A stretch of 64,000 nucleotides of DNA, taken from assembly GCA_035084275.1 (NCBI GenBank), contig CM068757.1, positions 5,890,001 through 5,954,000 on the forward strand, in the 5' to 3' direction. The position numbers and the translations under genes were made by a program. The stretch's first letter is position 1. Each line of letters starts with the position of its first letter. This stretch comes from Hydrolagus colliei (taxonomy: Eukaryota). Shown piece after piece: positions 13,026 through 28,081 of this stretch. The notes below the pieces were generated by a model, which worked only from the letters and a program-made list of their open reading frames with translations, was not told where the DNA came from and did not search any database.

Positions 13026-14169
13026 ACACTACATCACAATACCTCACTGTAACACACACATAAAATCCATTAAGAAACACAGTAATGTAATGCAGTCATG
13101 CTATAGGTCATTCCCACTGTGTATTTACAAGGACCACTAAATTAGTTTTGCCAGACACTTCCAGTGTTACAGATGTCAGCTTGTTGTTTTTTTTGTTTGT
13201 TTCTGTTTTGTTACACACACCCGCATTCCTTCAAATAGTAAATGAAGGGTCTCAGTTGTCATTCGAGTAACACAGTCGCTAACTATTCATTCAGCAGTTT
13301 CAAATAATGTGGATCGTAATTCAAAAATGAATTCAAACCAAAGCGGGATGGGGATGCATCAATTGAGATTCCAGGAAAAACACTATCAAAAGGCCAAAAA
13401 TTTTTTTTTTTTAATTCCCACAAACCCAACAAATTAACACGAAAAGGTGAGCACTCAGACAGTTCATTCTGAAAGATTAATGGGATCTAGACTGCATTTA
13501 GATAAATCACATTGGTATAACTAAGCACCAGTTAATTCAGGCTCAAAACCTGATACACTTCAAATGGATCCAATTTATTCCAGTTAAACTGACTCCATTT
13601 CAGTTGTATTGAACTGAAAAATATCAGGTTCCCCTCAGGGATATTAAGAAGCATTTTATGATTCTTGGCTGATTATCGCAGCAGAAGGTCAAAGTAATTC
13701 CAGGTTATGGTCTTTGCACGTAAGGCAGCTTCATTTGGCCAGCTATAAAAATACACCACAGTGCTTTTTGTGTTGGTCGAATTCTGTCTTCCTGGCTCCT
13801 TATTCATTAATAGAAATTCAAAACGCAACTAAACCTGAATAATAATCTTCGCATTTGGTATAGCGCTTTTCATGTCATCTAGTGGTCTCAAAGCACTTCA
13901 CTGAATATACTGTAAAGTGAATTGACTGTGTGTACGTGAGCGAAAAGCGGCAGCTAAAAAACACACCAAGCTCTATATATGAGATGTGCCTCTGGTGGTG
14001 GGCATAGAGTGAAGTATTATAGTTGGAAGAAATGGCCCATTAACTGGAGCCTGAGTTGAGTTTGGATTCCCCAGACCTTGAATACTGCACACAGCTCTGG
14101 TCACAGCAATACAGAGATACCCAGGTTTTGGAGACAGTACGGAGGACAGCAACAAGAATGATAAGCTGT

Positions 14170-14560
14170 TCACATAAGTGTTCAAGTCATAAGCTGTGAA
14201 CAACAACTGGACAAGCCAGAGCATTTCAGGTCTGAAGAAACACAATTCAGAGGACACCTCATAGAGGTTCATTTTAAATGGGATTGAAAAAGTAAACCCA
14301 AATGAATATTTTAGCATGTACTAAGAGGACATAAGTTTCGAGTTATCAGGGGACATTCAGGACAAGTACAGGGAAGTATTTTTCTTTACACAGAAGGTAA
14401 TTAACTTGTAGAACAGTTCGCCAGGAAAGGTGGGAGGCCAGAAAACTAGGTTGGTTTAAAAAGCAGGTTAACACAGTGGTGTGGGTGCAAGAACTGCAGG
14501 ATGGGTGTTCTGGAGGGATTCAATCAGGTGAACTGAAGGGCCTTCTTCATCCAGAACCAA
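14170..14560 (+). mobile_element. CR1 LINE 3' fragment (decayed ORF2 C-terminus)
   Basis: Frameshifted remnants of the CR1 motifs RGDLIEVF, TRGH and FFTQRVIN.WN.LP (tcagaggacacctcatagaggttc, ctaagaggacataag, ttctttacacagaaggtaattaacttgtagaacag). Confidence 0.75.
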
Positions 14561-16034
14561 TCTCTGGTGCTGAGTCACATTACAGAAGAACACTTGGGGT
14601 ATTCACGGTTATGCTGAAACTCTCATTTAAATAAAGACTTTTTTAGTTACATGATCTCCGACTTCAGTCTTAGACTGCTAATCAAACCTATAACCACCAT
14701 ACTGCCAGAATTTCAATCGGGCATAAAATGACACCTTTTGGTATTTTTTTCTGCATGCTTAGATTTGCATACATACTAAAAGTAGTTGAATATCAATCAT
14801 TTGGTGGCAGCTTTCCAATGATAAAAGTTCCATTATGCAACAGGAAGGGATCCAAAGTTATAAATAGGCTTACAAGACAAATATACATGATTAATCTCTA
14901 GTGAGTCAGCTGTTTAGACCATTTTAATTCAATGCAGCTTGACATCATTTTCTGCATCAAATAATTGTGATATTTGGCATGTTTGTATTCTAGCAAGCAG
15001 TTGTAGCAATAGATTTTTTTAAAAAACAGCAAACCAGCTGTGTACAGTTCAGGGCGCTTAAGCAAAATGATTTTTTTTCACATCAATTTGTTCCAATTTC
15101 CTGTGTAGTATTACTTCACACGTTACCCATTAAGACAATTGCATAAAATAATCAGTAGTACCACATTTGTGTGCCTTGAAAAGTTCTCCAGACGTGAAAA
15201 GCACAACATAAATGTAAATTCTATTGTATTACCTCTTCTGACTGAGTTTGAAGCATTGTTGACTAAAAAATTACTGTATCTCTAAAGTTATTTTTCTGGT
15301 CAGCTGGGAGTCTGACATTGGTAGAAACTCTCTTTCAGGATGTACGCTTTTTGCTCAAATCCAATCAGTGTTAGGCGCAGTTTGGCAAGACCCAAGGCAT
15401 GGGTGTTGAGTGAAAGACAAAGCAAAAATTCATTACCAAAAATATATAGATATTAGTATTTATTACGCAATGCAATAGAAGAGATTTAACCAGCTTCATT
15501 CTTTAGATAGTTCCTATCCCCAAGTTTACTTTATTCCTGCATTTCACGCCCATTTCAGACCAGGAGTGATATACGTGTTAGTATTATTTAGAATACGTGA
15601 TTCCAAACCAACAAGGCTATGATGATATAACCTACAGGGGCCAAATATGGCCCAGTTGCACAGCAAATTATGAATTGAAACATCACCACTCAGACAACAT
15701 TGGAATTGTTATTTCTAAATTATTTTCCAAGTTTTCTTGATCTTGCCAGAGAGAGAAAGAAAAAGGCAGTTGTCACATTTCCTTCTTCCCACAGAAACAC
15801 TGAAAGGAGGCAGGCACTGGGTTTATCACCAGTGTTGAACCTAATCCGTGATTTGTAGGCACGGTATTCCGTGCTCTGGATAATTCACCACCTTTAGATG
15901 AACCAGACAAGTTACAGGTCAATTCATGCCATCTCCTGGCTGAAACTCAAAGCCAAGATAATTAAAAACAAGAACACAGCCACCCATTGCTCCCCTTCTC
16001 CAAGACTGATGAGTCTTAGGAACGAGACTGATGA

Positions 16035-16260
16035 TAAAACGCAAAATACTGCAAACCTAAAACAAAAACGGAAGTCGCTGGGAGCACTCAGCAGGTCAGG
16101 CAGCATCTAAGGAGAAAGGAAAGCGAGTCAACATTTTGGGTCCATGACCCTTAGTCAGAATTGGGGCATGTTGGGAGAGAGAGGCTTGTAAGGAGAGCGG
16201 GTGGGGAGGAGAAAGGGCAAGGAAGACAAAGGAGAAAATGATAAAGCTGGAATTGACATA
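16035..16260 (-). mobile_element. Penelope-like fragment, same family as 30853-31352, with a decayed hammerhead at 16126-16162
   Basis: cactcagcaggtcaggcagcatctaaggagaaagg...gggtccatgacccttagtcagaa. The following purine-rich stretch also matches 30990-31070. Confidence 0.7.
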
Positions 16261-19200
16261 TGCGGATAACGTTTTCACAATGCAGACATTAAACCTGTGC
16301 TGGTTGAGAGGAGAAAAAAGTTACTGTTAAACCATGAATGCTTCAAAGAAAAAGTGAGTACAAATGCTCCAACCAATATCCAAGAAAAGATCAGGCTGGG
16401 GTCCTGTACACACAAATGGCAAGACATTGAGCCCCAGAAAAATGCTTTCAGATCCACTTGCACATTGGCACAGTCTAACCAACTATAGCTAAAAATCTAT
16501 TTGAACAAGACGTGTGCAATTAATCATCACATCTGGTCCTGCTTGTGTTTAGAGCAAATTCATGGCTTACCTCAGCATTCCCAGCCACCCAAACATCTAA
16601 GATACTAAATTAAACAGATTGTGCTGATCTTTGATACAACAAATGGCTATGAGCTTCATTGACGAGCAGTCCACAGGCGAAGATCCAATATTCGCAACAA
16701 CATAAAAAACCTTAGGGCACTAAGTAATAGTAATAATAAACCTTCCACTTGATATAGAGTCTTTTTTACATTGTCGAGACTTCTCAAAGATGTTCAAATA
16801 TCACTGCACTGGGTGATATTATTAAAACTTCTCATTGTTGTGAGAACTTCCCCGAGTGTGAACAGGGGAATTGAACCACATTCCAGTTATTGAAATTATT
16901 TGTCTTCAAGAAAATGTTGGGGTATCAACATTCAGAAGACGATAGACCACAGAACACCAGCATTACCCGAGCCACATTGCTGAAAAGCACAAAGAGATGT
17001 TGCACCATTAATCCAGGTGAATAACCAACATGGGCTATTTCAGCAAATAACATTATTAAGACCAATTGGATAGTGCTCACAGCCCACTTGCGGCACTGAC
17101 CATAATGCACTCTTCACATAATTCATTCACAGGACTTGATTCATATCCCAATGGTCTTCAGAATATATTATCCATGTATCTGTACGTAATGTTAATTGTG
17201 CTACATTCTGGGTTCTATTCCCACTCTTTAGAATGAGACATCAGATGTCAAGTTTTAATAGGTTGATGCTATGGCTTGAATAATAAAGTTGCACTTCACT
17301 GTACAGTAAAACTATCATCTCAACACCTCAAAGGCAAAGAATCTCATTTTACAGGGATCAAAAACCTGGTTGACTGACCTACATATTATACTGTTCAGCA
17401 AAGCAGGCAGATAATTAAAATACAACCTTGATTAATGATTCCCTTGAAAAAAGAACCATTTCCATTTTTGTTTTGAAAACTATTCGCAGCCAGAAATGGT
17501 TACCTAAAAATCTCTGGAGTCAACTTTCAGCATCATATACAATCCGGCACCTCGATTTATAACTTCAAATTTACATTTCTACAAAGCAGTTATTTTAGGC
17601 ATTAGAGGAACTGTAAACTACTTGATATAATGGCAATTGGCAGTGATCTGAGCCACACTGAGTGTGTTAAAGGAGCCAGGTAAGGCATATTGAAAAAGGT
17701 AGGTGATACTATAATTAATGTAACCTTTTCTAAAGAGGTCACATATTTACTTTTTGAATTAAAACAAAAGGAAAAGCCTACTGCTATAGGACAATTGATA
17801 AATTCAACTCAAATTGCAGCTTCAGTTGGAATTCATTTTTTTCCAAATGTCATATTATCAACCACAGTGATAATATGACAGTGATACAGTGCAAGTATAA
17901 CATCATTTCGCTACACTTTGGGTATGGGAGGGGGAAGGGATGGAAGAGATTCAGGGCGGCCGAGGCTATCACCTCAGTCTCTTTAAAGTCAAGGACAGAC
18001 CAATGTTGGTGAATGTAACCAGGCTGAGTTCATGCAAGAGGTGAAAATTACACAAAAATATATACTTGGGAATTTACTTTCAGTTGTGTGCATTTAAATA
18101 TTTTATTGTCTTCCTAACATTATATTGGTTCAGGTAAGAATCACTTCATATTAGATGCCTCATAATTGTAATAACCTTTTCAGAAACATAATGCATAAAT
18201 TCCATTCTTCCCTTTGGTTGTCTTCCTCAGAGGCAAGCAGTCACATTTACATTCGCCTCATTAAAAAGTCTATCCTACTGTGTTGGTCCATCTGAGCAGC
18301 CTGTCAGAAAAAAATGAGAAGTCTCCCACAAACTCCAGCATTTTATATAACACTCCTTGTAAATTATTTTCGAAGGGCAGTTTAAAATGTAAAGTGCATG
18401 GTTTTATGGGGCCATTAAAAGGATGCTTGCTTTTTATACATGAATAAAACTATACTTCATTGTGACACAGCCCACAATTTCAACAGTGGAAAAAAAAAGT
18501 GCAGTCCAATATGAACATCCATTCAAAAGACATCTGCTTGGATGAAGAAATTCAGAGAATAATGAAAATTTATGAACTGGAATTACTCAGCTTTTTTGTG
18601 TGTTTTCTCTCCTTCACAGGTGTCCCACCATCAGCCACACTCTTCGTTCCTCCAGCTAAAAATATCCTCCACAACAGTCCTCGCCATTACACACCACATT
18701 AGCTTTCACCCAGAGGTAGGTTCCATGCACATGAAAACATAAATGTCGCCAGGGTCCTTTCCCTTGAGTCACCTCAAAAACAACAAAATTCACCTAAATC
18801 AGGCGAGCGAGTCCAAACTGCAAAGCTCCTCGTGGTTGGAAGCCACATCAGAAGCATTTTTTTCACTACTCAAACACCCCGGTTTTGGTAGGCTACATGG
18901 GATCCTCAGTTTGGCTTGGATGCTCCTAAGCAGGGTGATGTGTTTACGCCAATGTTAGATTCCCCCACCCCGCAGCCCTCCAGCAAACAGAAAAAATACA
19001 CCCCATCTTTCTACTGTTGATTATCTACCAACTATTTGCTTTCACACCATCCATTCATTTTTTTTGAAAAAAACTTGCCTTACAATGACAGTGCAAAGGA
19101 TCAGAAATACAAACAAGACCTAATGGCAAAGTGCAACAAGCCATTTTGGATTCTTGCTAACTTTTTGCCAGAAAACCCCCCTGACTATGTAGAGTAGCAA

Positions 19201-20290
19201 ATTCTTTGGAGACCTGGTGCAATCAGGAATTGTTGCAATTCATAACTCATGACTTCTTTGTAGTCAAAATACACAACATCAGTTCTGAGGCCATTTTTTG
19301 CACTTGATTTCACCACTATGATACTTTTTGCAATGTTCTGTATTCCCTTTGATCAGAGTACTTTCAGCTCATTTGCTTCTGACACCTGTCTCGCCATACC
19401 ACGCTCTTCCTATTAAGAATGAATGTAATTACCTGCAGCATTTAAATCCATAGCCATGGCTATCAGTGGAACAAAGACTCACTTGGTGAAATCCAGGTGC
19501 CTTAAATTAGCAAGTGCCAAGCTCCAACCCTGCTGATAAGAAACAGCTGAAATCTATTCACACAGCAATTAATTGAATTAATTCAAACCCTTTTTAACTA
19601 AAAAGCAAGAGATACATTGGTGGCAATATTAAATCTCATGAATTTGAAGATCAAGGGTCAGTTTGTAAGAAATCTTGCTTTACTGTAAGAGTTTATATCC
19701 CCATTTGAATGCTCATTTCAACCTTGTAAATGGCCTCCACACTATCCATTACATATTGGCCTTGCTTTGTTCTCACAGCTTATAACGTGGAGCACAGGTG
19801 AATTGTAGCTTCAGTTATTTGCTCCCTGCTACTATTTCACGAATGTTGCACCTTTAACATGTTTTTGCTCCCTTAAATTTTAGAACAAATAAAAAATCTA
19901 ACAATATATAATTTGACCTGGCACATCGTCAGCAGCAGTACTCCCTGACTTTGTATCTTAATATTGATTATGACATCTCTAAAGATTACCTGAAAGTCTT
20001 TTCTGAAAGGATTAAAAGATACTATCTTGCTATAAAATAGCCTACTGCCCTTCGCAGCAGGTGATCTTAGAGGAGGTAATTGAAGCTAGAATCTTGGATT
20101 GACCAGAAATCACACTGTAGCTTTGGTTACTTTCCTCCCTTCGCTCAAGGTGTGAACCATTGCGAAGGGTACCCAAGCATTAGATTCCGTCTCAGACATC
20201 GATGGTGTCCATTTTCCCTCTGAGAGCCTGAATAGCGAGAATAATGGTAGGTTCATCAACTATAAAAAATTATGATAATAATTCCTCTCC

Positions 20291-20462
20291 AAAAAAAAAG
20301 TTGGTCACTTCAATCCATGACAGACTGTGGGACACTGCTGTGTGCAATTGGCTGCCACATTTCGCCCACAAATATACCGTCAATTCACTTGACAGTATAT
20401 TCTGTGAAGCGCTTTGAGGTGTCCAGAAGACATGAAAAGCGCCACATCAAATGCAAGGATTT
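20291..20462 (+). mobile_element. 5'-truncated SINE, 3' half
   Basis: ttggtcacttcaatcc...tgtgaagcgctttgagg...atcaaatgcaagga. Confidence 0.85.
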
Positions 20463-21652
20463 TTGAAATATTACAGAAACAAAAATAACAAGAGAATCAC
20501 TCAAATCAGCCATGTCGTAACTAAAATCTCTTTCTTTCAATATGGATTACCAATTGGCTTTTGCCCCCATTGTATTATTGCCTGCCTGCCTGCCTGCATG
20601 CCTGTTGTTATTCAACTGCCCAACTGAAGCAACTCCAACTAATCGATACAAAAAAAGAGACACTCCCCATGGAGCTTCTGATGAGTTTTGACACTCATAC
20701 CTCTCAAGCATTAGGCTTTAGTCAATACTTTAGCACTGAATCCTTCTCACAGTCATCTCATCTCTGTTCTTGTCAAGTGTCATTTTCTGCGCTTGCTGGG
20801 CTGATGCACAAAGAGGAAATAAGTAAGTCACAAACCTAGGCCCGGATTTTCTCTTTTACTTTCTCCCCATATATTGGTTCATCAAGACCATAAACTACAC
20901 AGATGGGGGAATCAGAGTAAATAGATCGAGAAGGGCTGGTAGGAATCATTCAATGGACTTTATGTTTCGAACACCATCTGATTATGGCGGTCACTTTGCT
21001 GTCATTTGAAATGAAGCAAATCGTCACTCGTTTGGTTTGACAACCGCACTCTTAAAATCGTGCCCATGATCTGAAGCAGCTTGCAAGAACAGGAGCAATC
21101 GGGTTCTTCTGTTTGCCCGTCCCTTTCCCACTCAATATTGTATGAAACTAGCCTCTTGTGTGCGCGGGCAAAGACTGCAGTTAGTACACCTGCCTTTCAG
21201 TAGCACTTGTTCTTCTAAAATCACTGGGAGAACAGAAAGAAGGGATAAGAATCCTTATAGAGGCAGATGTTGCAAGGGTGGGGAGTTGTGGGGAGCATAG
21301 AAGCTTATCAGTCAAGAAGAGAGGAAGATATGGGTTGAAGCAAAGCTCAAAGCTAGATGATTCAAGTATTTGCAGGACTAAAAGTGCATAACTCAGAGTG
21401 AAATGTGACACTTACCAAGCAAAGTCCATAGTTCACCACTGATGAAATGTTTCAGCATCATTTGGTGAGCAGATTTACAGTTAACTTTCTTATTCAGAAT
21501 ATTGTCCTTGTAACTCTCACAATTTTATAACCAGATAATCAATTATTTATTTTGCAGGAATATTAAAGGAAAGCAAAAAAAATCTTGATGTGAATATTCT
21601 ATTACAGTTTCTAAGTAGTTACGATAAATCATAAAACCCTCCACCATAACAC

Positions 21653-21752
21653 GACTCTGACGAAAGGTCACACCCAAAATCCTAAGCGATTTTCTCTCTC
21701 TCGGATGCTGATTGAAATGCCGTGAATTTCCAGCATTGCTGGTTTTATTTCA
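21653..21752 (+). mobile_element. Degenerate Penelope-like terminus in the opposite orientation
   Basis: ctgacgaaaggtcacacccaaaa...tctctcggatgctg...atttccagcattgctggttttatttc resembles the reverse complement of the copies above. Confidence 0.5.
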
Positions 21753-22001
21753 CATTTACATCAGTTCACTGATTTTCTACCACATTAAGCTGGGAATACT
21801 TTGCTTCTCGACTGCTCAACATTACACCTATTGCCAAGGAAGACTCCCTCCAACACATCATTTAATAGCTAAAATTGGCAGGTTATAGGACTAACCAGCT
21901 TTACTCGGGAGCAGAAACTCTTGAGTCAGAACCTAATCACCAAGAGGTTGAGAGGCTGTATGTGAAAAATATATCATTAGTGCTTCAAACTAACTTTAAA
22001 A

Positions 22002-22036
22002 TATATAGATATATATATATATATATATTTATATAT
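22002..22036. repeat. (AT)n microsatellite
   Basis: atatatagatatatatatatatatatatttatatata. Confidence 0.9.
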
Positions 22037-23756
22037 ACACAACAAAAATATCAGCAGCGGCCAAAACAAACTGTGGGTTGCCCTTTCATTGGCAGAAACA
22101 TATGAACATAGGAATAGGAGTAGGCCATTCAACCCTTCAAGCCTGTTCTGCCAAATCTGGTAGAAATGTAGAAAAGACTGAAGTACTGGGTGCTCTAGAT
22201 ACTGCAGGAGGCTAGTCACCTCATTCCCTCTAACAAAGGTGCCCTTGAACTGATTTAGACTTATTTTGACTTGAATGATGTGACGAGAGATATCCTTATC
22301 TACTGCTTGTGATAAAGAAAGGGTTGTGGTGCATTTTATTCTCTAGTTTTTATTGCTCTAAAACTATTTTTAACTGGTAGAGGATTTTTTTTTGGCAATG
22401 GACTAGTTCCTCTTACGTTTGATGTCAATAATTTGCACTTATACAGCTTGCCTTTCACATATGATAACGTCTCACAGCGCTGCACTGTGGCTTATTTCAT
22501 CACTGTTTCACACTCAGCCGCAAGACATGGAGTTAAGCACCCAAACAGGGATGTCAGTCTGCGTGAATGGTGTCGGGATTCTTTCTCACAATGTAGGAAA
22601 GCAATTTCTGCCAATATTGAAAAAGTGATAAAAAAAAGGTATTTCTACACACATCAACAATGTATCAGTCAAACTGGCATTTGCCTTCAGCTTTAGGCAT
22701 AAATCAAAGCAGAGAATAATAAGGCATTTGCATTATCTATCTATTCCAGAATAATACAGTGCACTTTATTCAATCTAGAGAGTAAGTTTGCTGACTCTTC
22801 GTCCTTCAAATGAGATGTTAAACTGAGTTCCCACTCGCCTGTTAAAGTGAATGTTAAACATCCCATTTGAACAATCCTTCAACTTGCATTTATACAGGGC
22901 CTTTCACACTGGATAGGATGTCAGAGCATTTGATATCAGCCCTGTCCAAAATCCCACATGTACAGGTGAATCGGTGGACTTTTTAAACCGTGGTCATTCT
23001 GCTCATTCACATACTCTGGCCTGCAAAATAATCATTATTGAAGATGCTCTCTCATTTGCTGCTACTCAGTCAATAAGAGTGGAGAATTTAGAAATTCCCC
23101 ACAAACCAGGGGACTTTGGAGGTTCACTTAGTACTTGAAGAACCACGACTAAAATAGATTTACATGCCCTGCTCATTAAAGGCAGCATAATCAATCCACA
23201 AATTGACTGAAGCACCCAGCTATAAAGGAAAAATTAAAGGAATTCCTTCCCAATCCCATATCTGAAATTCCTGGCTAACACCAGTACGTCATAAGACCAT
23301 TTACCAAAGCCTGCCCGACTAAATCTTCTTAACACTGTACAACCCAGTTCAACTGCAAGATTTTAAAAGCTACCAAAGTAAAAGGCAATACAGTAATAAA
23401 CTAGGAACAAAGGATGTCCACAGGCAAAATAAAATGTCAAATGTGTTTAATGTGCTGTCGTGAAGACTGTGCTCAGGAACAATAAAATACAATATTTTGT
23501 CAGAAAGCTATTTAAAAATGTAGCCATAGTTGAACTGATAATGTGCATCATTGATATAAGCCTTTGAATTTGTGTTTCCCTTTGATTCTAGGCATTACAG
23601 GCGACCGTACTACATGCTTCATGTTGAAGTGCATTTGGGAAAATTACATATTCTGACGTTCTTACAAGTTGAAGTAATTTTGTTTTACTCCAGGTTAATG
23701 CTGCAAGATCCTACAAGACATAGATCAATTGCCACATTGTTTTCGAGGCCATTTCA

Positions 23757-23930
23757 CACAGAATCATAGAATGATATAGCGCAGAAGACCATTTGGTTCA
23801 TCGTGTCTGTGCTGGCTCTTTGAAAAAAGCTGTCTGAATCAATCCCATACCCCCACTCTCTCCCCGTAGCCCTCCATACTTGTCGTCCCCAAATAATTAT
23901 CTACTTCTCTCTCAAAAGTTGTTATTGAAT
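23757..23930 (-). mobile_element. CR1 LINE 3' tail
   Basis: cacagaatcatagaatgatatagcgcagaagaccatttggttcatcgtgtctgtgctggctc... Confidence 0.7.
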
Positions 23931-26900
23931 TTCATTGACATTTTCTCCCTCACCATAACTAAACTCATTGGTTTTGAGTACGAAAATGTGACGTCACCAC
24001 GGGTGATGGATTACCTGATTGAGGTTTGATCATTAGGTGGAAGAACATCCTGATCTCTCTGTTCCTGGTCAGATGTTCTGCTTATTAATTAATGCCACCA
24101 ATAGTAATGATATCTATAGCTTACAAACAAAGTGGAAAGATAGGAATTCAATGTTTTACTTTTCAGCCTTCGGTTATTGTAAAAGAACACCAATGCTCAA
24201 CCTTGTCATTTAATTGTTTCAGGTAGTTGTAAATTGTGCAACGAAAATGAATGGTAAATTTTCCATGTGATAATTTCTTGTTGACATCACATTGGCATCC
24301 AAAATGCTTAGATCCATAGTGCATTAGCACTAACATCTACAGCCCGCAACTCAAACTCAATGAAGTGAATATCTGCATTGAGCAACAAAGCAGAAAGCTA
24401 GCGATACATTTCATACAACTAATCACACAAACTAGATCAGCGGAGATTCACATTGGCAGTGGCCTTTGAAGTAAATGAACCAAAATGAATGAATTAGACG
24501 GAAAACTAAACACAAGTTATTTCCTTCAGATTGGTTTCCAAGATTTTAAGGCCTGGCTCTTCTTTGTTGCCTCTACTCAAAGAGAGATTCCGTGTCTCGA
24601 TTGGAAAGGCAGAAGAAAAACACATCATTTTCACTGTGAAGAGAATTTTGTGGCACAGATGTGTTTTTAATGCATCTCTGTGCTCATCCAATAACAGAAA
24701 AGAAAGGTTTATCAAACACTCTATTAAAGGTAATAAAGTTCCACTGCAATTTACAGCAAACATCAAGGAATAGCGGCAGAAGCACCAAATGTAATCTTTA
24801 ATGAAACAACAAATATGAATTTAGTACCTTGATGTTTCCACACAAAATTAATTGCTCTCTTTGCTGCAGAAAGCCTATTTAGGTTGATTCAGTAATTACC
24901 CACTCTACTGTAAGCCACATATTCAGGATACCCATTACTTGTTCATTTCTATTATCCAACCAAGGTCAGCAATAGTCTGCCACAAACAGATCTTTAGCAC
25001 ATTATTCTATTAAATTAAATTCAAGTAAATAGCATAAAAATGCAACAGATGCCACACGGCAGCCATAAACAGCTGGTTTTCAAACACTGATATTGAATGT
25101 TTGTTGCTGACTGATCACAAACATCAGCTTGATTACATGACAAGCATTAATCCAGGAAGGAGCTAATCCATCATGAAAAGAGCTTCTTCCGATTGCTGGA
25201 AAACAACAACAATTTGCATTTATATAGCACCTCTCACATAGGATAGTAGAGCCAGCTGGTGTGAACTGAAGATGGGGAAGGAGGGGGCAAGGCAAAGAAA
25301 CTGAGGGAGAGTGTTCCAGAGTCACAAGTTAAAAGCAACTAATTGGCTCCAACTATAATGCAATGCAATCTTACCAATTGCATTTCTTTAAATTAATGGG
25401 CTTTAAAAATCTTTGATGTTTCAAAGAGAATCTCTAACCTTGCTACTTCTTTTCCATAATTCCAGAAAGTGGTTGGCAAGTAATTTTTAAAAATAAATTC
25501 ACTTTTTTTTCCTCCATCCCGAAAGAAAAGAACAGAACACTTTTCACACTGAAGGCAGGATCTCACCTTCAGCACAAGTTTACATGGAGAATCTTTTGCC
25601 CATTTGTGAATTTAGGAATGATTTGAGTATTTAAAGGAGTGAATCAACCTGAACTTGAAAGGACTCAAGGTCGGCAAAATTGTCTTTAATCTTCGTGGTC
25701 AAACAACGTTAAATTGAGCATCCTTAAATATACAGAATCCTTCAAGTCCTTTCACAAAAGGAAACCCTCTGACTTTGAAACTAAATGGCAAGCTTCAGAG
25801 ACTAAAGGGTATTGATCTACATACAAACGCAGATCAGGAAAGCTTGCTAATGAGGTTAGGAGCTCAGGTGATTCTAATCAACATTCTGAAATAGCATCAA
25901 AACCCTATTTATCCCTTTCTGACTGCTCAGTGTGCAAAAGGACCACTGTTCATATTCCTTGCCCTTTCCACATCTCTGAAAGCTGTTGGTTTTGCGCTTT
26001 TAAAACTATTTCCACTGAAAACTACTGCAGTTAATTCTACACTACACTTTTTATCCTACAATAGCTTTATCATGTTCCTTCCTTCCTCTCTTAGTTGTTT
26101 GATTTTGACCCAGTTTTGTGCCTTTTATCCACTGTATTATATTTCTTTGTCTTCAGTTATATTTTCACCAAGTTCCACTGCTGCTCTCCTCAGTCACTGA
26201 TACAATGCTATCGGAGTGTATCGTCTTGCTTAATGGCATCAACCCTGACTCCCCACCTCCACTTTTAAATTCACATAATTCATTAACAGCCTTTGTACTG
26301 CTAACACTGCATCTTCAAACAGAAAAGGTCCAATGATTCAGAAAGATCAAAGCCCGTTTTTTTTTATTAAAGGACAATTTGGTTTAATCAGGTGGATATT
26401 TTCTCCCCAAATTCTACAAAGGCGATATTTCAGATGATTCCGCAGCTATAGGAAGGCTCAATTTTTACTTTCCTCAAAGGGTTTTTTTCCATAACAGATC
26501 ACTGAGCCTCTTTGACTCTGCAGAATGAGAATGTGAAATCTTTGTGAAAGAATATTGTATTCCTTTTCAAATTCCCCAGGATAAGAATATGAAATCATTA
26601 TATTTTTATTCCTTTTCGAATCTATTTCCTGCGCTCTGAAAATTGTGAACTCCGGGTGATGGAGGCATTGCATTAGTAGCCAGACCATGAAATGCTATCT
26701 GCTAAAGTACAGCCCCAATTTACTGCACTTTACATTTACTGAGCAGAGAAAACAGATTCTGAAAAAGGAATAAAAATCAATCTTTTACATCTGTCTCTTC
26801 GTGGAGATGGTTTATAGGATTTTTCAGTTGGGAGATCTGACCCTTATGAGCTGCAGTTGCCTCTGCAAGACAACGGTAGGATTCAAGCTAAACATAATAA

Positions 26901-27749
26901 GTACAAACAAAAATAAGAACAAGGAAAAGCCCATCCAGCTCATTCCTGCTAATAAGCAATTAAATTCTAGAAAAGTTACATTTCAATCCCTGGTAAGCAG
27001 CAACAACAAAATTACATTTCTAGAGCGCCTTTCCCATCAGGAGGACAGAAAAGGAAAAATGAATGAGCTTAAATAAATATCTTGATAAGGTGCTATATCA
27101 AACACAAGGATTATTATTATTCCTTGATTAACAGTGGAATAATTCGCTCATAAGAAAATTAACAATTTAATACCAGTATGGGCACTTCAAAGGCCATTGC
27201 AACAATCAACTTAAAAATTGTTCTCCCCCTCTTCAACATGGAATGAGAAAGTGAATTTGCTTCATCACCTCAGAACAGACAGCAACCATTGAATCTAGAA
27301 AAAATGTCATCTGCAAGGTTGCAATGTTACTGAATGTACAGAAAGCCTTGTGTTCAAGCTTTATGGACTTTTTCTGTCTTCTTGAGCTGCTATTTATCAA
27401 GTTTTTGCAAATCTGATCAAATGCAAATTTTCAGTTGACAGGTTTTCAGGGATTTCCACATCTGCTCCATTTGTGGATTCCTGCTGACACGAGCTGTTCA
27501 CAAGTGGTATTGGGAAGCAAAATTTTGGATGAATACAAGGCACAGACTGCTGAATCAATATTCTGAGCTGTGTATTAGTATTCTTGCGCTCATCACTAAA
27601 CTGCCTATCTTCAAATTGCTACTTCGCAGTCTTGAATTACAGGACTTTTAAACTTTTTCTATTGACCCACCAATGCTCTTCAAAGTATTGTCTATTATTG
27701 ACCCACAAATACTGTTAAAAGTTCCACAACACATGGCTCTTCCACTCTC

Positions 27750-28081
27750 CGTGCTTAATTGGCTGCAAGCTCAGGGCATGGCTGACAGCCTCCACCACCC
27801 ACAAACTTGGCTTCAGCTATTAACCCCAAAACGGTGTCTCTCACTCCGTCCACCTTGCCCCTTCCCTCCCCTTTTTCAATTCCTGCCTGAAAACAACAAC
27901 AAAATGACATTTGTTTTCGACCGTGCCTACGGCCTTTCCTTTTCGACCACGATTATGGTCTTCTTCCCCCTCCCGCCACCCCCTCCAACCACCCGCTCGG
28001 AGTCAGGCTCCGCCACTGTTAAGCGCTCTGAGATACTACCTTATGTGGAGGGCGCTATATTAGTGCAAGTTGTTGTTGTAT
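27750..28081 (+). mobile_element. L2 LINE 3' fragment
   Basis: Contains ...KMTFVFDRAYG (L2 end motif) and the tail aagcgctctgag...gtggagggcgctatattagtgcaagttgttgttg. Related tails occur at about 32020-32090, 46440-46510, 49020-49080, 53424-53480 and 63955-64000. Confidence 0.75.

Noticed and set aside
16003-16040. CTGATGAG...GAAC as an additional hammerhead
   Set aside because: No GAAA core and no consistent stems I or III. Similar isolated CTGATGA words at about 36627 and 38503 were rejected for the same reason.
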